Of a stretch of DNA of 64,000 nucleotides, positions 31,904 to 41,184 are shown in pieces; within the stretch, counting starts at the first letter, position 1; the number at the start of each line of letters is the position of its first letter. The stretch lies in contig DATBZG010000080.1 in the NCBI GenBank assembly GCA_036513335.1, positions 7,336 through 71,335 on the forward strand, read 5' to 3'. This DNA comes from Solirubrobacteraceae bacterium (GTDB lineage: Bacteria > Actinomycetota > Thermoleophilia > Solirubrobacterales > Solirubrobacteraceae). A program made the translations under genes and the position numbers. Below the pieces are notes generated by a model. The model was not told where the DNA came from and ran no database searches. It worked only from the letters and a program-made list of their open reading frames with translations.

Positions 31904-34900
31904 CTACGCCCTCGCGCCGAGCTGCTCGAGCAGTGCAGCGGCTTGGCGGGCACCTACGATCGCGCCCTTCGCCTCGAAAGCCTCGAGCGATCGGCGCGCC
32001 TCGGCGCTGGCCTCGTGCTGACTGCCCTGCTCGCAGAGCACGCGCGCGAGCTCGAGCAGCGCTTCTCCTCGGATAACGAGGAAGTCGGTCTTCAACGCCT
32101 GCTCGACGCCACTGCGGGCCCAGCGCTCGGCGGCGGCGCGATCTCCGTCCGCGAGGGCCAGCCGCGCGCGGACGGGGTGCGTGATTGCGTAGTTGACGAT
32201 GTCGTCCGGCGCGCTCAGTTGCTCCGCGAGCTCGACTGCGGCTCTCGCGTTCTTGCCGTCTCCCAACTGCTCGTGAGCTCTGGCCAGGACGGCGACGTGC
32301 GTGGAGCGAAAGGAGCGCTCGCCCATCTCCGCGAGGAGCCGCTCGCCTTGCTGCAGGATCGCGACCGCCGCCCCCGGATTGCCGCTCTTGAGCTCGATGC
32401 CCGCGCGCTGCTGGTCGGTGCCGAGCGCCATCCTGCGCAAGCCGAGTTCGCTGAACGTCTCCGCCGCCCGGTCGACCAGCCGGCGGGCCTCCTCAAAGCG
32501 CCCCTCGAGTTCCGCGACGGTCGCGCGACCAACTTGTGTGAAGGCGGTGAGATACGGCCCCGCCTGCTCGTGCTCGAGCCCGTCCAGCGCTCGCGCGATC
32601 TCCTGCGCGTGCGTGTCGCCCATCGCCAGCGCGGCGATGCACAGGCCGAGCGCCCGTGAACGCAGCACCTCGTTGTGCACCTTGCGTGCGTGCTCGGCTG
32701 CGAGACGGCCCTCCACCGCGGCGGGCGTCGCGCAGCTGCGCAGCCAATGACCGGCGCCTGCTGCCAGATGAGCCCGCGCCAGGCCACGCTCGTCACCGGC
32801 GCGCGTGAGCTTCTCGAGGATCCCGGGGAGCATCGACTCGATCGTCTCGGTCGCATCCTGCGGCCGCACGCGTATAAGCCATTCCAAGCGGCTGGGTGCA
32901 GCGAGCGCGGCAGTCTCCGGCAGCTGCTCGGCGACGGCGAGCAGCTCCTGCATCCGGACGAGATCGCCGGAGTCGAGCAGCTCCTCGGCGAGCTCGGCGG
33001 CCACCGCCGCCTCAATCGCGGGCTCGTCCCTCGCCAGTGCCAGCGCGCGCTCGAGCAGGCTTCTTGCGGCGACCGGGTCGCTTCGCTCGCTCGCTCGCCG
33101 TCCAGCGGCATACAGGCGAACGGCTGCGCGCCGCGCGAGCAGCGGGTCGACCTCGAGACCCAGCTCCGCGCGGTAGCGCACCGCCTGCTCCAGATGCCAG
33201 CCTGCGATCTCGTCGAGCTCCACCAGGTCGCCCGCCGTGCTCTCCAGCCAGTCGGCGAAGCGCTCATGCAGCTCGGCGCGACTGGCCTTCGGCAGCCCCT
33301 CATAGGCCGCATCGCGGATCAGCAGGTGGCGGAAGCGGAAGGCCTCGTCGCCACTCAGGGTGGCGGGATGCGGGTGGATCAGGTCCTTGCGCACGAGTCC
33401 CGCCAGGCGCGAGCGGACCTCGCCCGCCGCGTGCTCGCCTGCGAGCGCGCTCACGGCGAGACGGTGGAAGACCTCGCCCTCCACGGCGCCGCGCTCCAGC
33501 AGGTCGCGCTCATCGAGCGCGAGCCGCTCCAGGCGCGCGGCCAGCAGCGCCTGGATGCTCGGCGGGACGAGCGTGGTCTCGCCGTCGCGAGCGAGCGCGA
33601 CCATCTCCTCCAGGAACAGCGGGTTGCCCTCGCTGGCGGCCACGACCCGCTGGCGCGCCTCGGCGTCGAGCCCGGCGCCGAGCTGGTCGAGCAGCGCCTC
33701 GCACTCCTCGCCGGCGAGCGGATCGAGCAGCACGGTGCTCGCGTTGAACTTGCCCCCACCCCAGCCGGGACGCTCCTCCAGCAGCTCCGGACGACCGGTG
33801 CACAGGAGCAAGATGGGAGCGCCCCGGGATAGATCGGCGACGTGGTCGAGAAGATCGAACAGCATCTGCTCGGCCCACTGCAGATCGTCTATGTGCAAGA
33901 TCACGGGGCGCTCGCGCGCAAGCTCCTCCAGCAGCCTTCGCACCTCCAGGAAAAGCTCCTCGGGCGTGGCTGTGCCGACGCTACCGAGGCGCTCCAGTAC
34001 CTGCTCGGCCGGCTTGCCCACCCCTCCGAGCGCCTCCAGCAGCGGCCAGAACGTGATCCCCTCGCCGTAGGGCAGGCAGCGCCCGCGCAGCACGGTTGCG
34101 CGATCGCCGAGCGCGCTGGTGAGCTCCGCCACCAAGCGCGACTTGCCGACCCCTGCCACGCCCAGCACGGTGAACAGGTGACAGCGCGATCCCCGCACAG
34201 AGGAGTCCCACGCCTCGCGCAGGACGCTCAGCTCGCGCGCGCGCCCGACCAGCGCCACATCCAGATGGCGGGCGACACCGCTGGCGTCGGGATCGATGGC
34301 CAGCAGCCGGAACGCCGCGACCTGCTCGGACTTGCCCTTCAGCGCGAGGCTGTCCAGCGCTTCGACCGTCACGGCGTCGCGCACGAGCTGCAGCGTCTGC
34401 GCTCCCAGCAGTATCTCTCCGGGCGCCGCCGCCTGCTCCAGGCGCGCCGCGACGTTCACAGCATCACCGATCGCGACGTTCTCCCCCTCGCCGCTGAATA
34501 CCGGTCCGGTGTTCACCCCCGTGCGAAAGCGCAGCGCGACGCCGATCTCCTGCGCCAGCGCCGGCAGGCGCTCGCGGATCTCCGCCGCTGCGCGAACCGC
34601 CCGAAGCGCGTCGTCCTCGTGTACCTGCGGGATCCCGAACACCGCCATCACCGCGTCGCCGATGAACTTCTCCACCGTCCCGCCGTGACGCTCGATCGTC
34701 GCGCGCATGTCCGCGAAGTAGCGATTCATGACGCTACGCAACGTCTCCGGATCGAGCTCCTCCCCGAGCGCGGTGGAGCCCGTCACGTCGCAGAACAGCG
34801 CTGTGACGACCTTTCGCCGCTCCTGGCCGATGCGCTCGCGTACGAGCTGCGCGCCGCAGGCGCCGCAGAAGCTGAAGTCCTCCGGACTCTCAAATCCGCA

Positions 34901-34930
34901 GCGACCGCAGATTGCCATACCGCGGAGCAT
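31904..34930 (-). CDS. zinc-ribbon + class III adenylate/guanylate cyclase + STAND/AAA ATPase + TPR-like repeat protein
   Basis: N-terminal CGRCGFESPEDFSFCGACG. Cyclase domain (VTALFCDVTGSTALGE, KFIGDAVMAVFG, GVNTGPV, GDAVNVAARLE). Walker A GVAGVGKSRL. The C-terminal half is long and helical. Confidence 0.9.
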   Translation of the reverse strand: MLRGMAICGRCGFESPEDFSFCGACGAQLVRERIGQERRKVVTALFCDVTGSTALGEELDPETLRSVMNRYFADMRATIERHGGTVEKFIGDAVMAVFGIPQVHEDDALRAVRAAAEIRERLPALAQEIGVALRFRTGVNTGPVFSGEGENVAIGDAVNVAARLEQAAAPGEILLGAQTLQLVRDAVTVEALDSLALKGKSEQVAAFRLLAIDPDASGVARHLDVALVGRARELSVLREAWDSSVRGSRCHLFTVLGVAGVGKSRLVAELTSALGDRATVLRGRCLPYGEGITFWPLLEALGGVGKPAEQVLERLGSVGTATPEELFLEVRRLLEELARERPVILHIDDLQWAEQMLFDLLDHVADLSRGAPILLLCTGRPELLEERPGWGGGKFNASTVLLDPLAGEECEALLDQLGAGLDAEARQRVVAASEGNPLFLEEMVALARDGETTLVPPSIQALLAARLERLALDERDLLERGAVEGEVFHRLAVSALAGEHAAGEVRSRLAGLVRKDLIHPHPATLSGDEAFRFRHLLIRDAAYEGLPKASRAELHERFADWLESTAGDLVELDEIAGWHLEQAVRYRAELGLEVDPLLARRAAVRLYAAGRRASERSDPVAARSLLERALALARDEPAIEAAVAAELAEELLDSGDLVRMQELLAVAEQLPETAALAAPSRLEWLIRVRPQDATETIESMLPGILEKLTRAGDERGLARAHLAAGAGHWLRSCATPAAVEGRLAAEHARKVHNEVLRSRALGLCIAALAMGDTHAQEIARALDGLEHEQAGPYLTAFTQVGRATVAELEGRFEEARRLVDRAAETFSELGLRRMALGTDQQRAGIELKSGNPGAAVAILQQGERLLAEMGERSFRSTHVAVLARAHEQLGDGKNARAAVELAEQLSAPDDIVNYAITHPVRARLALADGDRAAAERWARSGVEQALKTDFLVIRGEALLELARVLCEQGSQHEASAEARRSLEAFEAKGAIVGARQAAALLEQLGARA

Positions 34931-34952
34931 GCCACCCCTCGGACTCGGGTGC

Positions 34953-36371
34953 TCACGGCTCGGCGAACGCGCTGCCCTCCGTGGCGCCGGCGCCAGGGTG
35001 TTGGCGCACGATCACGAAAGCGACCGCACTGGCAACGGCAACGATTGCGAGCGCCAGGTAGGGAAACACGCTGTACGGAGACGGCTGTCCCGGCTTGCAC
35101 AGCTCTACGAACGGGACGATCAGCGTCAGGGCTCCCAGCACCGGCACCACGATGTGCCTGAGCGCGGAGAAGGACTGCCGGTGGCGGCGCCACATGAACA
35201 ACGGCAGCGCGAGCGTCGTCAGGAAGTAGACGAACAGGATCACGATCGTGCCCATCGTGGAGCACTCCGCATACAGGCCGACGGGATCGGTCGATCCGTT
35301 GTCCAGGCCGATGAGGTGAACGGCCCACCAGACGACGACGATCCCAAGGCCGCCGCAGGTCATCATCAGCAGCGCGTTCACTGGCGCGTCTGAAGGCTGA
35401 CGTAGCTGACCGAGCCACGCCGGCAGCAGTCCGGAGCGCCCGCCGTCGAAGAGCATGCGGGCCTGGGAATTGACCGCCGCCACCAACGTGGCTAGCACGG
35501 AGACGATCCCCGCGAGCCACGCGAGGATGGCGGCTGAGCCGAGGTAGCGGTCGGCCACGGACAGGAACGGGACCGACGAGCGCCCAATCGAGGAGACGTC
35601 GTAGTGAAAGCCCGTGACGGTGGCGTAGGCGAAGAGGACGAACAGGGCGGCGCCGATCGCGATCGAGATGTAGAGGGCTCGTGGAATCGTGCGTCGCGGA
35701 TTGCGGCTCTCCTCGGCCAGTGCGGGACCGTTTTCCCAGCCGATGAACATGTAGAGCGCGAGCGGGAAGCCCGCGGACAGGCCTGCCAGTCCTCCGTGGA
35801 GATGCGACCAGGAGAACGGCACACCCGAGAGGTGCGACCGCCGGTCCACGAGCGTGACGACGCAGACCAGGAGCATGATCGCCACCTGCACGACGACGGC
35901 GAGCCCCACGGCGGAGGTGGACAGCCGCACGCCACGCGCCGTCAGCCAGATGGCAGCGACCGTCAGCACGAGACTGAACGGCTCCCACGGTGGACGCCAC
36001 GACGTGTAGTGCGCGAGCGTCAACGCCACCATGCCGCCGGACATAGTGAATACACCGGCAATCGCCACGGTGAACCCGACGGCGACCAGGAGGGCGGTGA
36101 GCACGCCTGCCTTCGGCCCCAGAGACGTCTCGACGTAGGTGATGAAGCTCCCCGCCGAGGGCTCGGCCTTGGTGAATTCGGCAACGATGAATGCCAGCAG
36201 CACGACGGCGACGGCGCCCGCGAGGATCGTGAGCGGCGCGGCGACGCCGGCGGTTAGCGCAATCACGCCGAAGGCGAAGTAGAAGTCGATGCCCGGCCCG
36301 ATGTTCGCGACCGTGGACGCTGTCACGTCGAGCGTGCCCAGCTGCCCCGCCTTGAGCTCCTCGCCGCTCAT
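34953..36371 (-). CDS. APC-family amino acid/polyamine permease
   Basis: The start is ATG 36371 within ORF 34953..36725. 472 aa with about 12 TM segments and TVANIGPGIDFYFAFG, typical of the APC family. Confidence 0.85.
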   Translation of the reverse strand: MSGEELKAGQLGTLDVTASTVANIGPGIDFYFAFGVIALTAGVAAPLTILAGAVAVVLLAFIVAEFTKAEPSAGSFITYVETSLGPKAGVLTALLVAVGFTVAIAGVFTMSGGMVALTLAHYTSWRPPWEPFSLVLTVAAIWLTARGVRLSTSAVGLAVVVQVAIMLLVCVVTLVDRRSHLSGVPFSWSHLHGGLAGLSAGFPLALYMFIGWENGPALAEESRNPRRTIPRALYISIAIGAALFVLFAYATVTGFHYDVSSIGRSSVPFLSVADRYLGSAAILAWLAGIVSVLATLVAAVNSQARMLFDGGRSGLLPAWLGQLRQPSDAPVNALLMMTCGGLGIVVVWWAVHLIGLDNGSTDPVGLYAECSTMGTIVILFVYFLTTLALPLFMWRRHRQSFSALRHIVVPVLGALTLIVPFVELCKPGQPSPYSVFPYLALAIVAVASAVAFVIVRQHPGAGATEGSAFAEP

Positions 36372-36452
36372 GTCGACCTCAAGCCCACGCGGCGGACCAT
36401 ATTCCGCGGAAGGGGACCGAGGTAGCCAAAGCGCCCGTGCGATGATCCGCGG

Positions 36453-36749
36453 ATGATCCTGGAGCTTGCCGTCCTGCCTGTGAAGCCCGGGCAGGAGCCC
36501 GAGTTCGAGGCGGCCTTCGAGCAGGCAAAGGCGATCATCTCTGCGATGCCGGGCTTTCGCTCGCTCACGCTCTCGCGCTGCATCGAGCGCCCGGAGACAT
36601 ATCTGCTGCTCGTCGAGTGGGAGCGCCTGGAGGATCACACGGAGGGCTTTCGCGGCTCGGCCGAGTATCAACAGTGGCGCGCGCTGCTGCACCACTTCTA
36701 CGAGCCGTTCCCGGCCGTGGAGCACTTCCGCCCGGTCAACCGGGCGTAA
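36453..36749 (+). CDS. antibiotic-biosynthesis-monooxygenase (ABM/Dabb) domain protein
   Basis: 98 aa with the ferredoxin-like ABM pattern: ILELAVLPVKPGQEPEFEAAF...YLLLVEWERLEDHTEGFRGSAEYQQWR. Confidence 0.8.
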   Translation: MILELAVLPVKPGQEPEFEAAFEQAKAIISAMPGFRSLTLSRCIERPETYLLLVEWERLEDHTEGFRGSAEYQQWRALLHHFYEPFPAVEHFRPVNRA

Positions 36750-36796
36750 CAGCAGGCATCGGTCTCCGCACGCGAGCGACGCGCCGCGAGCCGGGG

Positions 36797-37957
36797 TCAG
36801 TAGACGCGCGGGTCGGGCTCATGCGCGCCCACGGACGGCGATCGCACCCCGATCAGTGAAAGCACCGCCATGCAGGCGATCGCGACGATGATGAACGGCG
36901 CTCGCTCGCCGATGGCGCCGGCGATCGCCCCACCGGCGGCCGGACCGGCCATCGCGCCCAGCGCCCAGGCGGCGTTCATCATCCCGAAAGCCATGCCCTG
37001 CGCGAGACGCGCTTGGTCGGCGCCGTTGGCGATCAACGCGAACGCAGGCGTGAAAAGGACGCCGTAGGCGACAGAGGCCACGACCACGAGCAGCGCATAG
37101 GGCACGGCGCCGAGAGCAACGGTCAGGACCAGCGACACAGCCGCTCCGGCGATCAGTGCCCAGCGCACGGGCACGAGCGCGCCCCGACGGTCGCTCAGCC
37201 GTCCGATCACGCGAGACTGGGTCGCCTCGATCGCCGCGCCGATCAGCCAGACGGCGCCGATCGCCGTCGGCCCCCATCCGGCGGCCGCGAGATGCAGCGG
37301 CGCCAGCACCGACAGCACGCCTGCGAGCAGCGATGCAAACGCCAGCAGTGCCAGGCCGCCCCTGAAGGCGGGGCTCACCAGAGCCCTGCGCAGCGCGACG
37401 GCAGAGGGAACTTCGGGTGGGCGCGTCTCGATCATCGTCGTGAGGGCGGCGAGCGCCAGCGCGAGAGCGGCGACGGCCGAGAAAACGGCGGCCCGGCCGA
37501 CGGCCGCTGCGAGCGCACCAACGACTGGACCGAAGAGCGCACCGAACACCGCGGCGCCCATCGCCGTGCCGATCAACTCGCCGCGACGCTCGCGGGGCGC
37601 CGCCGCCAGCAGCCACGAAAATGCCCCCGCCCACGTGAACGCGCTGCCGGCGCCCTGGACGAAGCGCGCGGCTGCGAGCGACCAGAAGCTCTCCGACCAA
37701 GCGAAGCCGAGACTCGACAGGCCCATCAGGGTCAGGCCGGCGAGCACCGCCCGGCGCGGACCCAGCCGGGAGGAGGCGACACCTCCGGGGAGTCCGCCGA
37801 TCAGCGCGCCGGCGGCATAGACCGCGACCAGCAAACCCGCTGTTGCGCTCGAGAGGTGCAGCTGATGGGCGAAGCGTCCGAGCAGCGGCGTCAGCGCCGC
37901 ATAGAGCATCGTGTCAACGAGGACCAGAGCACAGACGAGCGACAGCAGACGACGCAC
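36797..37957 (-). CDS. MFS transporter
   Basis: 386 aa with 12 predicted TM segments and the MFS loop motif GRLSDRRG. Confidence 0.85.
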   Translation of the reverse strand: MRRLLSLVCALVLVDTMLYAALTPLLGRFAHQLHLSSATAGLLVAVYAAGALIGGLPGGVASSRLGPRRAVLAGLTLMGLSSLGFAWSESFWSLAAARFVQGAGSAFTWAGAFSWLLAAAPRERRGELIGTAMGAAVFGALFGPVVGALAAAVGRAAVFSAVAALALALAALTTMIETRPPEVPSAVALRRALVSPAFRGGLALLAFASLLAGVLSVLAPLHLAAAGWGPTAIGAVWLIGAAIEATQSRVIGRLSDRRGALVPVRWALIAGAAVSLVLTVALGAVPYALLVVVASVAYGVLFTPAFALIANGADQARLAQGMAFGMMNAAWALGAMAGPAAGGAIAGAIGERAPFIIVAIACMAVLSLIGVRSPSVGAHEPDPRVY

Positions 37958-38040
37958 CGGTCCACGCTACCAGCGGGCACGTGAGCGCTGAGTGCATCAG
38001 GCGCGCCAGGCCGCGGAGGGTTTTGGATGGGGTGACAGGA

Positions 38041-38874
38041 TCAGTGGGCGACGAGCACGGCCTGCAAGAGCATCGCTCGGTCCTCGCGAAGGTTCTCCGT
38101 GAGGTTTGCCGCCTTGACCACCAGGTCTGGCACGAACACCTGCAGGCCGAGAGGGCTGGGGGGCGCCGCTAGCAGCGCATCCATGGCAGCGATGCCAAGC
38201 GTGGTCAGATCGTTCCACGCCCGCACTTCGAAGCCGGCGTCCGTGGTCACGGCGCGTAGCTCATCGGCGGTGACGAGGTGGCTGAGCTCCGGCTCGACGG
38301 CCCACGGCACAGGGAAGCGAATCGGCTGCTCGGGTCCCGCGAGCACGTCCCACAGCGCCAGCCGGCCACCGCGCGCGAGGACCCGTCTGGCCTCGCCGTA
38401 AAGGCCGCCCTTGTCAGCGACGTTCATCTGCACGTGCTGGCTCAGGAGGAGATCGAAGCTCGCGTCCTCGAACGGGAGGTCGAGCACGTCCGCCTGTCGA
38501 ACGTCGATCGAGGCGTCGAGTCCGACGCTCCTGTTGAGCCAGCTCGCGGTCTCGCAGTACTCCTTCGTGAGGTCAACGGCGGTGACCCGGCAGCCGACGT
38601 GGCCCGCGATGAACCTCGCGGCGCCGCCGATCCCGGTGCCGGCGTCCAAGACACGGTCCTCGGGCGCTACGCCCGCGAGATCCGCCAGCGCGGCGGTCGC
38701 GAGACGACCCATCGTGTGGAAGTCCTCGAGCATGGCGAGCTCGGCGGATCCGAGCCGCGCAGGGTCCTTGCCGGCGGCGATCAGCGCGCGTTCGATGTTG
38801 GCCCGCGTCAGGCCTGTCGCATAGTGCTGCTGCACCGCATCCAATGGGCTCATGCTGTCTCCATCGACCGTCAT
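38041..38874 (-). CDS. class I SAM-dependent methyltransferase
   Basis: Motif I VLDAGTGIGGAARFIA, then post-I VTAVDL and FDLLLSQHV. The start lies 1 nt after the stop of the upstream MFS gene. Confidence 0.85.
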   Translation of the reverse strand: MTVDGDSMSPLDAVQQHYATGLTRANIERALIAAGKDPARLGSAELAMLEDFHTMGRLATAALADLAGVAPEDRVLDAGTGIGGAARFIAGHVGCRVTAVDLTKEYCETASWLNRSVGLDASIDVRQADVLDLPFEDASFDLLLSQHVQMNVADKGGLYGEARRVLARGGRLALWDVLAGPEQPIRFPVPWAVEPELSHLVTADELRAVTTDAGFEVRAWNDLTTLGIAAMDALLAAPPSPLGLQVFVPDLVVKAANLTENLREDRAMLLQAVLVAH

Positions 38875-38875
38875 C

Positions 38876-40438
38876 TCAGCCGACCGCGGTGCGGACGGCA
38901 GGCTCAGCGCTATCCACGTCCCCGTCGAGGGCCGGGCTGGGCTGTGCGGGCAGCAGTGCTGCTGCCGCTACGGCGCCTACGGCCGCGACACCCGCCGCCA
39001 CCAGGCACCCTGCGCTGAGGCCTTTGATGAACGAGGCCGAGGCTGCGTGTTCGACAGCGGCGCCGAGCGAAGCGTGTCCCGCCTCGCTCAGGTGCTCGGC
39101 AACGCCGAGCGCGGCGCCGACGGACGAGTGCGCGAGTGTCCCGAGCGCCTGTGGAAGGCGGCCCGGGAGCGCCGCGGTCAAGCGGCTGGTGTAGATCGAG
39201 GCGTAGACGCTTCCGATCACCGCCACGCCAAGTGTGCCGCCGAGCAGCCGCGTCGCGTCGTTCACGGCCGACCCGACCCCGGCCTTCGCCCGCGGGACGA
39301 CCCCCATGATCGCCTCGGTCGCGGGGGCGCTCGTCAGGCCCATGCCTGTGCCGTAAAGCACCATCTGAGCCGCGATCGTGGAGTAGGGGGTGCCGGGCGT
39401 CACGATCGCGGCGACCCACACGTAGAAGGCTGTGACCATGAGCAGCCCGGTCGCGACCACGAGCTTGGTGCCGAACCTGACCGCCAGCTTCGTCCCGAGT
39501 ACCGAGGAGACACCGACGGCCGCCGCGACGGGAAGCAGGTGGACGCCGGCTGAGAGTGCGTCGTAGCGCTTGATGAACTGGAAGTACTGGGTCATCACGA
39601 AGATGAACCCGAGCAGCGTGAAGAACGAGACCGTGACCGCGGCGCAGGCCGCCGTGAAGCGCGGGTTTCCGAACAGGCCGACGTCGAGCATGGGCTCGCC
39701 GGCGCGCCGCTCCCATGCGATGAACGCGGCCAGCAGGCCGACGCCCAGCGCGAAGCAGCCGATGCTTCGGGGACTGCCCCAACCGTAGTCCGGAGCCTCG
39801 ATGATCGTGTAGACGATCAGCCCCATCGCCGAGGTGGACAGAGCGAAGCCAAGGCGGTCTACTGGGCTCGCGTTGGGGTCGCGAGACCGCGGCACGTAGC
39901 GTGCGACGAGCGCGGCCGCGATCGCCGCAACGGGCGCGAGAGCGAAGAAGATGCTGGCCCACGAGAAGCGGCCAAGCAGCCATCCACCCACGATCGGCCC
40001 GAGTGCGATCGCGACGCCGGCGGTCGCGCCCCAAAGGCCGATCGCCCGCGCGCGCTCGGTGCGCTCGGTAAAGACGTTGGAGATCAGCGAGAGCGTGGAG
40101 GGGAACACCATTGCCGCACCGAGGCCCATGAAGCACCTGGCGGCGATCAGCTGTCCCGAGCTCGTGGCGAGACCTCCGAGGGCGCTCGAGAGCCCGAAGA
40201 GGCCCAGGCCCGCGAGGAGCAGGCCCTTGCGCCCGAGACGGTCGGACAGGCTTCCCGCGACGAGCAGCAGGGCTGCGAAGACCAGGTTGTATGCATCGAC
40301 GATCCACTGCAGCTGGCTGTTCGTCGCGTGCAGTTCCCGCACGAGCGTGGGGAGCGCGACGTTGACGATCGTCGTGTCGAGGTTGATTACGAAGGCCGCG
40401 AGCAGCAGGGACGCGAGGACCAGCGATCTGTTGAGCAT
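38876..40438 (-). CDS. MFS transporter, DHA2 (EmrB/QacA, 14-TM) type
   Basis: 520 aa with FVINLDTTIVNVALPTL, GSLSDRLGRK and a 14-TM layout. Confidence 0.9.
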   Translation of the reverse strand: MLNRSLVLASLLLAAFVINLDTTIVNVALPTLVRELHATNSQLQWIVDAYNLVFAALLLVAGSLSDRLGRKGLLLAGLGLFGLSSALGGLATSSGQLIAARCFMGLGAAMVFPSTLSLISNVFTERTERARAIGLWGATAGVAIALGPIVGGWLLGRFSWASIFFALAPVAAIAAALVARYVPRSRDPNASPVDRLGFALSTSAMGLIVYTIIEAPDYGWGSPRSIGCFALGVGLLAAFIAWERRAGEPMLDVGLFGNPRFTAACAAVTVSFFTLLGFIFVMTQYFQFIKRYDALSAGVHLLPVAAAVGVSSVLGTKLAVRFGTKLVVATGLLMVTAFYVWVAAIVTPGTPYSTIAAQMVLYGTGMGLTSAPATEAIMGVVPRAKAGVGSAVNDATRLLGGTLGVAVIGSVYASIYTSRLTAALPGRLPQALGTLAHSSVGAALGVAEHLSEAGHASLGAAVEHAASASFIKGLSAGCLVAAGVAAVGAVAAAALLPAQPSPALDGDVDSAEPAVRTAVG

Positions 40439-40480
40439 GCGACAACTATATAAAGCATCACAACGGAAAAAACAAGCATC

Positions 40481-40511
40481 TTGACAATTCTGCCAAGCGA
40501 GTCGCTAAAAT
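40481..40511 (+). promoter_or_regulatory. candidate promoter giving a leaderless hxlR-like mRNA (-35 TTGACA, -10 TAAAAT)
   Basis: TTGACA at 40481-40486 and TAAAAT at 40506-40511, with a 19-nt spacer that is long. The -10 ends 6 nt before ATG 40518. No SD is present. The intergenic patch is AT-rich. Confidence 0.35.
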
Positions 40512-40517
40512 GAGCGC

Positions 40518-41165
40518 ATGCGCACCTATGGGCAGTACTGCGCCGTCGCGAAGGCGCTGGACGTGATCGGAGACCGCTGGACGCTGCTGATCGTCCGGGA
40601 GATCCTGCTCAGAGGCCCGTGCCGCTACACCGACCTGCGCAACGGCCTGCCGGGTATCGCGACGGACCTGCTGGCCGACCGACTTCGGGACCTCGCCAAA
40701 GCGGGCATCGTGAGCCGCGAAGATGCACCACCGCCGGTGGCCACGACGCTCTACAGGCTCACCCCACGCGGAGAGGAGCTCGCTCCGCTCCTGCGCGAGC
40801 TTCTGCGCTGGGGAACACCCCTGATGCAGGAGGGGCCGGCCAGCGGCGACGTCTTCCGCGGCCAGTGGCTCGTGTGGCCGGCCGAGATGAGCCTCACCGA
40901 TCGCGAGCCGGCCGCTCCGCCGGTGACGATTCAGGTCCTTGCCGACGACGAGCCCGCCGTGCTGGAGACCTCGGGTGGAGGCGTGCATGTGACACCAGGC
41001 CGAGCCGAGGACCCCGACGCTGTCCTGCGCGGTCCCGCCCATACCATCCTCGGGCTGTTCGGCGGCTTCATCGATCTCGATCGCGCCGGCGCCATGGGAG
41101 CCGAATGCGACGGCGACCGCGGCGCCCTCGAGCGGGTGCTGCCGGACGCCGCGACTGGCCAATAA
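40518..41165 (+). CDS. HxlR-family winged-helix transcriptional regulator with C-terminal extension
   Basis: YCAVAKALDVIGDRWTLLIVREILLRGPCRYTDLRNGLPGIATDLLADRLRDLAKAGIV. It is divergent from the MFS-methyltransferase operon. Confidence 0.9.
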   Translation: MRTYGQYCAVAKALDVIGDRWTLLIVREILLRGPCRYTDLRNGLPGIATDLLADRLRDLAKAGIVSREDAPPPVATTLYRLTPRGEELAPLLRELLRWGTPLMQEGPASGDVFRGQWLVWPAEMSLTDREPAAPPVTIQVLADDEPAVLETSGGGVHVTPGRAEDPDAVLRGPAHTILGLFGGFIDLDRAGAMGAECDGDRGALERVLPDAATGQ

Positions 41166-41184
41166 GCGCGTCCCGCACTCCCGG

